NCBI GenBank assembly: GCA_002104905.1
Contig: MCFE01000344.1
Coordinates: 26,565 to 90,564 of the forward strand
Origin: Basidiobolus meristosporus CBS 931.73
Taxonomy: Eukaryota > Fungi > Basidiobolomycota
Direction of reading: 5' to 3'
Length of the DNA: 64,000 nt
Shown piece after piece: positions 1 through 14,518 of the stretch. Under the pieces are notes generated by a model, which was not told the origin of the DNA, searched no databases, and worked only from the letters and a program-made list of their open reading frames with translations. The number at the start of each line of letters is the position of its first letter. Positions within the stretch are counted from its first letter, which is position 1. The position numbers and the translations under genes were made by a program.

Positions 1-890
1 AGGAACTCACTGACTTCCATTTTACTATGCAAGACAAAGCTGTCGCGGTTAAAATACCTTGAATTTAAGAAAGTACGTCAGTACGCCTGGGGTGAGGGGC
101 GACCATTGGGTGGAACATACAAGAGATAGGATAGAAGTATGTACTAAGTGTGAAGAAAACCAGGAACCAAGAAGAGTAGTCTTTCCTAGAATGTGACAGG
201 TATTCCTTATCGTGTCGAGGAGAAAAACTACGCGGAAAACACGAGCTAAACCAAATAATAATAGGGAAGCTGTCGAGTAAGTGGGAAATCAAGTGTTATC
301 TGGGATTTCCAAAAGGCTGACAGTCAGGGGATATGCCGGCTAATTTCATGACTACGTTTAATAAAATTACCCGCGATCTTGTTTATCCGGAAGTTCATCC
401 TTGCCAATCCACTGTAAAACAATCAAAATTGTGGATGGATCATAAGATGGGGATATGGGATCCCCATCATAAAAAATCGAGATTCTCAATTTGAGGAAAA
501 TGGTTTTGCAGCCAGCCAAGTTCTTGATACAATGAGTGAATGGGTAGGGGGCGCTCTTTAAGCATAAGGTTAGAAGCGCTCCATGCGTAGTGATTTAACT
601 ATTTCCATCTGTTCTCATCGTATATGGTAACTAGTGTTGAGCGGAGGCTTGGGATCACTTTGCCAATTTAACTGTAGATTATCCGATTGCCGCATCGTGT
701 CCAGTGTCAGCACCCATGTCTCATGGATTCGTTAAACCATCTACTAATCATGCTGGTTAAGTACACAAGGATGTAATGATGAATTATCGATATTTAGTAG
801 TGGGTTTTATATGACGGTAGTAAAAGAACAGAGAAAGTACATGTCAAGAATGTGATTCATATATATTAGTAGCTAAATTCAAGAATCTCC

Positions 891-2108
<1,218 letters not shown>

Positions 2109-2574
2109 GGTAGCAGTTTTCTATTCGCAAAAATGCCAAAGAACCAAGGGGATGCACGTTAAAAAGATGAGCAAGATTCTCCCAAGCAAGTGAATAATCT
2201 ACCTCTTGAGCCAGTGACGTTAAAGAAAACAACTGATAGCAAGGGCCGGGCTTTAGAAAATCGGGCAGGTTAGATTACGTAGAATACAAATACCTGCGTC
2301 ATGACCAAGATTGATTGCGTATACCCTTTTTATTCACCGTGTAGCATGTGGTTAATTCATGCCGTTGATTTAATCAACATTTGCTTATTCTCCTCAAATC
2401 TGATTTAGTTCACTGAAAGGGGCGGAGATTAGATCGCCAAAAATTGTAGTTGCATGTAGCCTACTGTTCCCGAGTAGCTATTTGAATTTCCCTGGGAGGT
2501 GGCCTACCGCTATAACTCTAATCCTTTTGTATCGATTCCCCTGATAACTCAAGCGGTCGGTTTACGAAGACAAA

Positions 2575-3442
2575 ATGGCCCAGGAACAATCTGCCCTGTT
2601 GCTCAGAAAACAACTCAGAGGTAAATCCTTCTCAAGGCTTAACGATCTGCTTTTGTAGCATACACTGATCCACCTCTTGCTCTACAGAGTTGACCAAACA
2701 TCCCGTGGAGGGCTTCTCCGCCGGGTTGGTTAGCGATGACAACATTTACGAGGTATGCATTTTCTTATACTCCTTATTATGCTTCAGAGATGCTGATATA
2801 ACCCTTGATTCACCTTAGTGGGAAATAATGATCCTTGGCCCCCCTGATACCCTTTAGTAAGACAATTGTTAAGGAATCGCAAGGCCATTCTTATTTAATA
2901 TTCTTCTATAGCGAGGGTGGCTTCTTCACTGCCAGAATGACCTTTCCTACGGTTTGTTAACGGTATTCGGCATCTCTAGCACTCATATCTAAACCTCTTG
3001 GCGTGTATAGGATTATCCATTGATGCCACCAAAATTAAGATTTATCACTGAACTGTGGCACCCTAACGGTAACCATTGTTGATTGGCCCAGAGTTTGAAT
3101 AGTTTCCTCAACGTGCATTGTTTGATAGTGTATCCTGATGGTGAAGTGTGCATCTCTATTCTGGTAAGGATCGGGTCGATTGTGTTCTTGGACTATGGCG
3201 TCTTATTTAGCATTCCATAGCATCCCCCTGGCGAAGACAAATACGGATACGAGCAGGCAAGCGAGCGCTGGCTTCCAGTCCATACAGTAGAGACCATTTT
3301 GATCAGTGTGATCTCGATGCTCTCCAGCCCCAACGATGAATCCCCAGCAAACATCGAAGCAGCCAAGGAATGGCGTGAAGATTACCCTACATTCAAAAAG
3401 AAAGTCCAACGTATTGTCAGAAAATCCGCGGACTATCTGTAG
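2575..3442 (+). CDS. UBE2G1: Ubiquitin-conjugating enzyme E2, UBE2G1-like (multi-exon)
   Basis: Exons read [79 protein letters not shown]. Confidence 0.93.
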
Positions 3443-3898
3443 ACTAACGTTGAATCCCTAGTAAGTGCAAACCCTAGGAGTTGTGGAGCTCTACCTGTGT
3501 GAAAGCTCCCCTCACCCCTCACCCCCCCCCCCTTCGCCCCCAGAGGAATATCAATAGATACGTTTATGAGGCCTTTAGTCAGCTCTTATGTAATGTTTAG
3601 TATTTATTGTTAGCAACTTGATCAGACCTCGAATTATTATTAAATCGCGAACTAACCTGCTCACGACTGCTTTAAATCTGGTGGGATGGAGAAACTGCCA
3701 TCCCTCCCAAAATCACCCAACCAATGGTGTGAAAATCTAAACGAAATTTAATCCCACTTTTGTGACACATCTGATGATCTCGAATTCGATTCAACCATGG
3801 ATTTTATTTGTAAACAAGGGAGCCGGCTATTTTGCTGAGTAGGGAATCTTGCATTCAGCATTCCACCCACCGTTCCCCAGCTTGCATTCTCCTTTTGA

Positions 3899-5700
<1,802 letters not shown>

Positions 5701-6112
5701 ACTATTCATCGAACCTTTTCCTTAGAGTGAATAAATAAAACGATTGTTAGACATTGCACATAAGGGTTAGGGCAAGCTCCACATAATCTAAAAGACAGGT
5801 CAATAAGGGGAATGCTGTTCGATAACAACATCACGACCAAAAGGGGATATCAGATGTATGATATCAGCATATCAAGATAATAGTTATCTTCCTGAAAACC
5901 AGTTTACATCATCATTGAGAAATGAAGAGCTGGTTCGAGATTTCCCATCAAACTGCCAGTCATGTCGTCACACCTATCAATCTCAGCCACCAAGTGCACC
6001 CATCTCAAATAGCCTACGTCGATTCTTAGGTGGCATCATTCTTTACCTTGGGAGAAAGTCATTTGGTTCCACTTAACCGTAATCATCCCCTATTTCCCAG
6101 TCGTTCGTAAAT

Positions 6113-8565
6113 ATGTCTGGTAACCGAGACGTACAGAACCCAGTTCTCTTTGAGATAGCTTGGGAGGTGGCCAACAAGGGTATGCTTCTAACAACTTCCC
6201 ACACTCTCCGCTGCGTAGTAACCTTCTTTAGTTGGCGGTATATACACTGTTATCAAAACCAAGGTCCCAGTAACCGTGCAGGAATTCGGAGGCCGCTACA
6301 CGCTAATCGGCCCATTGTCATACAAATCTGCACATATGGAGGTGGAATCTCTGGAACCTGAAGATCCCTACATTAAACAGACTCTGGAAATCATGAGAGA
6401 CCACGGAGTCAAGTATCTTTATGGCCGTTGGCTGGTGGAGGGCGCACCAAATGTGATTTTATTCGACTGCGGTGCTGTCAGTCACAAGCTCGATGAATGG
6501 AAAGGGGACCTGTGGAAAACAGCAGGAATCCCATCTCCGCCTAATGATACCGAGACAAATGATGCCATTCTTTTGGGGTACCAAGTGGCCTGGTTTCTAG
6601 GAGAGGTACGAAGCGGGTGAGATAATGTTGTACGATCTTGACCTGGATTAACCATTTCTAGTATGTATCGCGTCAAACACAAACCGCAGTGGTGGCCCAC
6701 TTCCACGAGTGGTTGGCTGGGGTTGGGCTCATATTGTGCAGCAAACGCCAAATCGATGTGTCTACCATCTTCACCACCCACGCCACTCTGCTTGGGCGTT
6801 ACTTGTGTGCCGGGAATGCCGATTTCTACAATCACCTACGCTTCTTTGATGTTGATCACGAGGCTGGCAAGCGAAACATCTACCATCGTTATTGTTTGGA
6901 AAGGGCGGCCTCCCATTGCGCGGATGTTCTCACAACGGTCAGCCATATCACGGCCTACGAGGCTGAACACCTGCTCAAGAGAAAGCCTGGTCCGTCTCCC
7001 ATCTACCTTCACCCCCCACAGATACATTAACCCCGTTCTCCGTCTAGATGGGGTCCTTCCGAATGGCCTCAACGTCAAGAAATTCAGGTTCGTAGAGAAA
7101 ACAACGCTAGCCCGACCAAGTGTATTCATAACCTGTATGATTTTCAAGTGCCATCCACGAGTTCCAGAACATGCATGCCATTTCGAAAGAGAAGATTCAC
7201 AACTTCGTGCGGGGTCATTTCTACGGGTCAGTATCATGAAGCGGTAGAGTGCTGGGCGGCTTCTGATCTGCGCAAATCACCTAGGCATTACGACTTCGAC
7301 CTGAACAATACCCTGTATTTTTTCACCGCCGGCCGCTACGAATTCCGCAACAAAGGAGTTGACATGTTCCTAGAAGGATTGGCTCGTAAGCGGTCTTCCA
7401 CATATTGGCTTCTTGAGGCTGAGAAGCTTTTGTTAACCTCAAAGTTCAGGCTTAAATCACAGACTTAGATCCTCCAACTCTTCAATAACCGTGGTTGCTT
7501 TCGTTGTGATGCCTGCTGCCACTCATTCTTATACTGTAGAGACCCTCAAGGGACAAGCGTTGATTAAGCAACTCAACGATACCGTTGATGACATTCAGCA
7601 AAGGATTGGCAAGCGGCTGTTTGAGCAGGCAGCAAGGTAGGGATGTCTTGAATTTCTGGCTATTGTGCAAGGCTGATGCAGCATACATCTCAACAGAGGC
7701 CATGAGCCAAATGGGAATGACTTGCTTACGGATGAAGAGAGGGTAGTCCTGAAGCACCGCGTACTTACACTCAAAAGAAACACCTTGCCGCCGATTGTTA
7801 CCCACAACATGGCGGACGACTCGCAGGACCCCATCCTGAATACACTGCGAAAGCTCCATCTATTCAATCATCCAGCAGACAGAGTGAAAGTGGTATTCCA
7901 TCCGGAATTCCTCAATTCGAACAACCCGGTGCTCGGCCTGGACTACGAGGAGTTTGTGCGCGGCTGCCACTTGGGAGTGTTTCCTAGTTACTATGAGCCA
8001 TGGTAGAGTGTTTTACGTACAAGCCACCTGGAATCATTGAATTGAGTTGAGGTATTTTAGGGGATACACTCCTGCCGAATGCACGGTGATGGGTGTTCCA
8101 TCCATCACAACCAATCTCTCCGGCTTTGGGTGCTTTATGGACGATGGAATCGAGAACCCATCGGATTATGGCATCTACATCGTTGACCGTCGAATGAAGT
8201 CGGTTGAAGAGTCGGTCCAACAGCTCGCCGATCAAATGTTCGAGTTCTGTCAAAAGTCCCGAAGACAACGAATCAATCAGCGGAACCGAACGGAGCGTCT
8301 GTCGGAGCTATTGGACTGGAAGCGCATGGGCATCGAATATATGAAAGCCAGACAATTGGCACTTCGGCGTCGCTATCCCAACTCCTTTTCTCAATTTGAC
8401 CGTGAGTTTGAGAGTTTTGACAAGATGCCATCCCCACTCTCTGCGCCTGGATCTCCAGGTATACATGCCTACGTCAACGGAAGCGAGTTCCCGCTTCATG
8501 TGAACGGCCATGACGAAGACGATGACCGCCCCGCTATCAACTTCAAAGCCAAGCACTCACCATAA
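6113..8565 (+). CDS. GSY1: Glycogen synthase (GT3, multi-exon)
   Basis: [68 protein letters not shown]. Confidence 0.97.
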
Positions 8566-9174
8566 TTACTCATCATGTAAAGCTAATCTAAAAGATACAT
8601 AATCTTCCATTCAAAAATGGAGATACCTGATCAACTAGTAAATTATACTTTGCCATTTTGAACATGTTGGAATACTCTGAGTTTGCGGAAATACAAGAAG
8701 TAACCCAAGACAAGCAAATATCCTACAAGACTAATTTTATGTCGAACCAGCAGTCCCTATGGAAAATATCCTACCAAACACCAGCAGAATGCCTGCATTA
8801 TACCACAGATATCCTAATTTACTCGAAGTTAGAACTTTCAATATCTGAAGTCCGGGACCTCTTGGGTATAAGTAGACATATGTCTTGGAAGGTGCTACAT
8901 TTGGCCAATCCTCATGCAAAATATAGCAACAGTTAGCTTACAGACTCCAGAGATATTTACACTTGAAAATTTAACCGAAAAATACCAATAGAACACTAGA
9001 ATACCACAGCAAAATCCAAGTTTAATATTTCTCATATGGACTAACTTAAGAAGTAAGTATATAAAATAATTCAATAGCCAAGTGCTAAACTCATCATTTA
9101 CTTCTTTGGCTGGCAATGAAGTATCTATGATGTCATAAGTAATTGTTTACAAAGAATTTGATAAATTTCTTATT

Positions 9175-9414
9175 GTAGTAAAAACTCTGGTAAGCTCTGT
9201 ATTTGCACTTAAATATTTAAACAACTTGGCTGCTTGGAGCACAGCTTATGAATAGCATCATCTCTTGTCCAAATTCACTGTTAGAACTTATAATATTCTC
9301 ACCAAAATGTCAAGCACTCAGGGCACAAGAACTTGATAAGTTAATCAAAGCCCATATACTCTGCACACACTCTTGGGACCTTTGTAGAATTTTCTACATG
9401 TTTGTTATGCCAAG
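9175..9414 (+). repeat. Degenerate Copia LTR relic (5' part) used as the insertion target of Copia-1
   Basis: Diverged match to LTR motifs (aatattctcaccaaaat, gcacacactcttgggacc, tttgttatgccaag). It resumes after Copia-1 as ccaagaccatg. Left boundary approximate. Confidence 0.65.
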
Positions 9415-12400
9415 TGTTGTAAAAATTCGTGTTTTCCACCTAAATATTCACCTAACTTAGTCACTTAGATCATCACCTTCAAATCCTAGAGAATACTGAC
9501 CAAATTCCTTGTCGGGATTTACTTAGAATATTTTCACCAAAATACCAGGTACCCAGAACATGAAAATTCTCAAAGTTGTCCAAACAGCCCCAAACTTTGC
9601 ACACATGTTCTTGGGACCTTCCTTAACCTATTCTACGTGTTTGTAATGCCAAGACCATGTAAAAGTATAAATACTACTTTTACATTCAATAAATCATTAA
9701 GTGAAAACCACATAATCTACTTGTTCTCCAAATCACTTCCAATATCTCCAAGACTCTTACAACAGGTTATGAGCCCCAAGCTGTCACTCTCTGCAATGTC
9801 TACTACTGCTATTACTGGAATTTTTCCCTCTGCTGAAAAGTTGGATGGATCTAACTACCAAGTGTGGAAGGTGAAGATGAAGATGCTGCTGCAAGAAAGA
9901 GGCCTTTGGGATATTGTCATGGGAGAAGAATGCCCTCCTAAAAACGTGGGAGAGGAAGCCTTAAAGTACCAGAAGAAAGAACAAAGTGCCTTTAATTGCA
10001 TTTGCCTTAATGTCAAGGACAAATTGCTAATTCAATGCTCAAGAGCAAAAACGGCAAAGAATGCCTGGAAGGTATTAGAAGACACCTACCAGTCATGTTC
10101 AGCTGCCAAGAAAATGTATCTGAGAAGAAAATTCTTTACTACAAAGATGCTGCCAGGAGAAGAAATGAAAAATCTAATTAACAGAATTACCCTGCTGGTA
10201 GATGAGATGGAATCTGTGGGCGTACCAACTACTGATGAGGATGTGATAGTTACCATCCTGAATAGCCTGACAGACGAGTTTCAGGGCCTTGTATCAGCCC
10301 TAGAGTCCAGAACTGAAGATTTGACCTTAAATTACGTATATGGAAGGCTCCTGGATGAAGAATTAAGAAAATCAAGCGCCAATAAGAAGGAAGAAGAAAA
10401 TGCTTTAATAAGCAATGATAACCAACAAAGGAGGTACCCAAGACCCTACAAAGGCAACAGCAACCTATTTTGCAACTACTGCAAAAGGAAAGGACACACA
10501 TCAGACCGGTGTTTCAAAAAGAGAGATTATCAGCAAAAGAAGCCTGAATATGGAAATGCTGCAACAACTGAAGATAGACTATTCATATCTGCACTAAATA
10601 TGACCACAAACAAGGATTCTCAGACGTGGTATATTGACTCTGGAGCTTCTCAACACTTTACACACCAAAAAGAACTTTTTACCCAATATCAAGAAATTCC
10701 AATTAAGAAGGTTTTCATGGGTGACGATAGAACACTTGATGCAGTGGGAGAAGGAACTATCCAAGTAAACCTTAGAAGCAGTGAAGGAAGCCATACACTG
10801 ACCTTTACAGAAGTACTCTATGTACCAGAAATAGCCAAGAACCTACTCTCTGTAAGCAAGGCCACAGCAGAAGGACTCAGTTTCAGTTTTGACAATTCTG
10901 GATGCAGGATCACTGATCAAAATGGTGCTCATATTGCTTCGGGCATCAGAGATCAGAACCTATACAAGTTGACTTATATTCCATCATATCTGGAAGCCAA
11001 TATAAGTAACTTAAATGAAGAAACACCAATGCTTTGGCACAGGAGTTTTGGACACATCAATTTTGATTATTTGCGCAAAATGATCAAAGATCAGCTAATT
11101 TCTGGAGTGAAAATTGATCCCCCAGCTAATTTGGAGCACTGTGAAGCCTGCATATATGGGAAACAAGCCAGACAACTGTTCAAGAGCTCTGGGTTAATCA
11201 AAACTAAGAAAAAATTAGATCTAATTCACTCAGATCTGTGTGGACCTATGCAAAATTTATCCTTAGGCGGGATGAAGTATTTAATCACTTTTATTGATGA
11301 TTATACAAGATACACATGGGTCTACTTCATGGAGAGAAAGGAAGAAGCTCTGTCTAAGCTCAGGGAGTTTAAAGCCATGGTGGAGAGAGAAACTGGTGAA
11401 AAAATCAAGAAAATATGCTCTGACAATGGTGGAGAATATACCTCAAAACTCTTCATCCACTTCTGCAAAATTCATGGGATAAAGCAAGAGACTACTGTAC
11501 CATACTCCCCACAGCAAAATGGAGTAGCAGAACGAGCTAACAGATCAATAATTGATATGGCAAGATCTATGATCCATGATCAAAAATTATCCTATGATTT
11601 TTGGGCGGAATCAGTTGCCACTGCTGTATACCTTAAAAATAGGAGTTATAACAGAATACTTCGTGATTCTACTCCATTTGAAGCATGGTATGGATACAGA
11701 CCAAGTGCAGAACATCTAAGAATATTTGGGTGCACAGCATATGCCAAAAAACTGGCCGGAAATCAGTCAAAATTTGAGCCAAAAAGTGTAAAATGCATAT
11801 TTTTGGGCTACTGCAATGAGAGTAAGGCATACAGACTCTACAATACCGAAGCAAAGAAGCTTATCAAGTCCAGGGATGTGTTGTTTGATGAAAATTCAAA
11901 ATTTTCACAAAAAATGACATCAGATGATGACAAAAATTTGATCTCAAGTCCACCAATTGTCAGGATTGAAACAGAGCAAAACAATGAAAATTTTTTCACT
12001 CCAGAGGACTCTACAACCGTGGTTCAGCCAGAATCAGTGCCCAGGAATATCCCAGAAGTGATCATTCCAGTATCAAATGCCCGGAGATCCAATTGGACAA
12101 GAAATAGCCCAAATTACTATATCAATGAGGGTACAAACTTAGCCTATGCCTATTCAGTCCATATTGATGAACCCCAGACTGTAAAAGAGGCCCTAAATAG
12201 CCCTCAGACAAAGTTTTGGAGATCTGCAATGACTGAGGAATATCAGGCCCTGATGGAAAATCAAACTTGGGACTTAGTCAAATTACCAATCAACCAAAAA
12301 TCAATTGGATGCAGATGGGTCTTCAAGACAAAATACAAGGCTGATGGTACAATTGAAAGATACAAAGCAAGACTTGTAGCCAAAGGATACTCTCAAACAA

Positions 12401-14101
12401 AAGGACTTGACTATACTGAGACCTTTGCACCGGTAGCCAAGTTTAATTCCATCAGATTAATATTGGCTATTGCAGCCAAATATAAGTTTTTTATTCATCA
12501 AATGGATGTAAAAACTGCATTTTTGAATGGAGAACTTGATGAGGACGTGTATATGGACCAGCCTGATGGGTTTGCTGACCAAGATAACCCCCATTTGGTC
12601 TGCAAGCTTAAAAAGTCACTATATGGTCTCAAACAATCACCGAGAGCCTGGAATTGCAAGATAGATTCTTATTTGGAATCTTTGAGTTTCAATAGGAGTA
12701 ATGCTGACTATAGTATATACTATAAGCCAGATAGAGCAAATCCAGTTCTATTAGCTCTATATGTGGATGATCTTATTATAGCCGCCAATAACCTAGAAAC
12801 ATTGGAAGAGACTAAATCCAGCCTATCTAAGGAGTTCAAGATGTCCGATCTAGGAGAACTTAGTTACTACTTAGGGATTAAGTTCTCCATAGACAGAAGT
12901 ACCCAGACTATTACCCTAAGCCAATCCAAGTATATTCAAGATATACTAAAGAAGTACAAAATGGAAGACTGTAAACCGGCAGCTACCCCAATGGAGACAA
13001 ACCTTAACTTGGTCAAAACTCAACCAAATCAAGAGAGCTTGGTGCCATCTGAAAGCCCTGACTTTCCTTATCAATCTATGGTCGGCAGTCTGATGTATAT
13101 CATGCTTGGAACACGTCCAGATATCTCATATTCAGTGGGAGTTGTCAGCCAACATAATCAGAGCTATGGATCTGATCATATTGCAGCAGTTAAGCGGATT
13201 TTTAGATACCTAAAAGGAACTGCTGATATCTGCTTAAGATACACTTATAAGGATTCAGAACAGGATCTTGTGGGATACTCTGATGCTGATTGGGGACGAA
13301 ATTTAGAAGACAGAAGATCCACCACAGGATACACCTTTCTTTACTGTAAAGGAGCCATTTCATGGAATTCAAGAAAGCAACCAACCGTAGCACTTTCTAC
13401 TACAGAGGCAGAGTATATGGCAGCCTGTGAAGCTACAAAAGAAGCAATGTGGTTAAGAAAGCTCTTTACAGATTTAGGCCTATGTCAAAAAATGCCTATT
13501 ACTTTATTTCAAGATAATCAAGGATGTATACAATTAGGTAGAAATTCAACTTTTCATGCTAGAACCAAGCACATAGATATTAGACATCATTTCATACGTG
13601 AAGCTATAGAGAATAACTTAGTTAGCTTAGTTTACTGTCCTACAGATGAAATGATTGCAGACATATTTACCAAACCATTAGCTAGAGACAAGTTTGAATA
13701 TTTTAGGTCAAAATTAGGACTAGTCAGTATGAACATTTAGCTGAGTGGGAGTGTTGTAAAAATTCGTGTTTTCCACCTAAATATTCACCTAACTTAGTCA
13801 CTTAGATCATCACCTTCAAATCCTAGAGAATACTGACCAAATTCCTTGTCGGGATTTACTTAGAATATTTTCACCAAAATACCAGGTACCCAGAACATGA
13901 AAATTCTCAAAGTTGTCCAAACAGCCCCAAACTTTGCACACATGTTCTTGGGACCTTCCTTAACCTATTCTACGTGTTTGTAATGCCAAGACCATGTAAA
14001 AGTATAAATACTACTTTTACATTCAATAAATCATTAAGTGAAAACCACATAATCTACTTGTTCTCCAAATCACTTCCAATATCTCCAAGACTCTTACAAC
14101 A
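9415..14101 (+). mobile_element. Ty1/Copia LTR retrotransposon, copy 1 (4687 bp, intact ORF)
   Basis: 350-bp LTRs at 9415-9764 and 13752-14101 (TGTTGTAA...TTACAACA, no difference seen by eye). TSD CCAAG at 9410-9414 and 14102-14106. PBS GGTTATGAGCCC; PPT TGAGTGGGAG. Confidence 0.98.
9769..13740 (+). CDS. Copia Gag-Pol polyprotein (Gag, CCHC knuckle, PR, IN, RT, RNase H)
   Basis: Single ORF: CNYCKRKGHTSDRC, WYIDSGAS, IN with IHSDLCGP...SDNGGEY...NGVAERANR, RT YVDDLII, RNase H YSDADW...EAEY. Domain order PR-IN-RT-RH. First ATG is 9769; the ORF-track start at 9637 is a GTG inside the LTR. Confidence 0.97.
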   Translation: MSPKLSLSAMSTTAITGIFPSAEKLDGSNYQVWKVKMKMLLQERGLWDIVMGEECPPKNVGEEALKYQKKEQSAFNCICLNVKDKLLIQCSRAKTAKNAWKVLEDTYQSCSAAKKMYLRRKFFTTKMLPGEEMKNLINRITLLVDEMESVGVPTTDEDVIVTILNSLTDEFQGLVSALESRTEDLTLNYVYGRLLDEELRKSSANKKEEENALISNDNQQRRYPRPYKGNSNLFCNYCKRKGHTSDRCFKKRDYQQKKPEYGNAATTEDRLFISALNMTTNKDSQTWYIDSGASQHFTHQKELFTQYQEIPIKKVFMGDDRTLDAVGEGTIQVNLRSSEGSHTLTFTEVLYVPEIAKNLLSVSKATAEGLSFSFDNSGCRITDQNGAHIASGIRDQNLYKLTYIPSYLEANISNLNEETPMLWHRSFGHINFDYLRKMIKDQLISGVKIDPPANLEHCEACIYGKQARQLFKSSGLIKTKKKLDLIHSDLCGPMQNLSLGGMKYLITFIDDYTRYTWVYFMERKEEALSKLREFKAMVERETGEKIKKICSDNGGEYTSKLFIHFCKIHGIKQETTVPYSPQQNGVAERANRSIIDMARSMIHDQKLSYDFWAESVATAVYLKNRSYNRILRDSTPFEAWYGYRPSAEHLRIFGCTAYAKKLAGNQSKFEPKSVKCIFLGYCNESKAYRLYNTEAKKLIKSRDVLFDENSKFSQKMTSDDDKNLISSPPIVRIETEQNNENFFTPEDSTTVVQPESVPRNIPEVIIPVSNARRSNWTRNSPNYYINEGTNLAYAYSVHIDEPQTVKEALNSPQTKFWRSAMTEEYQALMENQTWDLVKLPINQKSIGCRWVFKTKYKADGTIERYKARLVAKGYSQTKGLDYTETFAPVAKFNSIRLILAIAAKYKFFIHQMDVKTAFLNGELDEDVYMDQPDGFADQDNPHLVCKLKKSLYGLKQSPRAWNCKIDSYLESLSFNRSNADYSIYYKPDRANPVLLALYVDDLIIAANNLETLEETKSSLSKEFKMSDLGELSYYLGIKFSIDRSTQTITLSQSKYIQDILKKYKMEDCKPAATPMETNLNLVKTQPNQESLVPSESPDFPYQSMVGSLMYIMLGTRPDISYSVGVVSQHNQSYGSDHIAAVKRIFRYLKGTADICLRYTYKDSEQDLVGYSDADWGRNLEDRRSTTGYTFLYCKGAISWNSRKQPTVALSTTEAEYMAACEATKEAMWLRKLFTDLGLCQKMPITLFQDNQGCIQLGRNSTFHARTKHIDIRHHFIREAIENNLVSLVYCPTDEMIADIFTKPLARDKFEYFRSKLGLVSMNI

Positions 14102-14106
14102 CCAAG

Positions 14107-14297
14107 ACCATGTGTGCAAAGTTTAGGGCTGTTCAGACAACTCAAAGTACTTTCACCAAAATATCAGGTACCCAGAACATGAAATATCTCAGTATATCCC
14201 GACAAGGGATTTGGTCAGAATTCTCCAAGATTTGTAGGTAATGATCTAGGTAACTAAGTTGGGTGAATATTTAGGTACAATTACGAAGCCTACCACA
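14107..14297 (-). repeat. Inverted Copia LTR fragment with an internal micro-inversion
   Basis: Reverse-complement match to LTR positions ~1-195, except a ~40-bp segment (tttcaccaaaatatcaggtacccagaacatgaaa) that is in the opposite orientation. Confidence 0.8.
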
Positions 14298-14325
14298 TAA
14301 AAGAGGTGCTAATACTTCTCCACAG

Positions 14326-14518
14326 TGTTGGCATGTGTGCAAGGTTTGGGTGCTTCTGGATAACTTAGAGTGGTTTGCCTAAGTTCCTTGTTGGAGTTAA
14401 ATGAGAATATTGTACTAAAATATTAAGTACTCAAGACATGAAAAATCTAAAAAACACTGGTAGACTATAATCCCAGTGACTAAGTAGAAATATAGGTGCA
14501 ATGACAAATTTTACAACA
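14326..14518 (-). repeat. Degenerate inverted Copia LTR fragment with a larger internal inversion
   Basis: Starts catgtgtgcaaggtttggg and ends ttttacaaca (minus LTR). The middle (taagttccttgttggag...catgaaaaatct) matches the plus-strand LTR. Confidence 0.65.

Noticed and set aside
8658-8936. ORF with an HTH-like stretch (LSISEVRDLLGISRHMSW)
   Set aside because: TTG start, short, with no transposase catalytic region or TIRs nearby.
9637-9768. ORF-track N-terminal extension of Gag (MFVMPRPCK...), also at 22943, 55968 and 57634
   Set aside because: It starts at GTG/TTG/ATG inside the LTR, upstream of the PBS. Most likely an open frame by chance rather than part of Gag.
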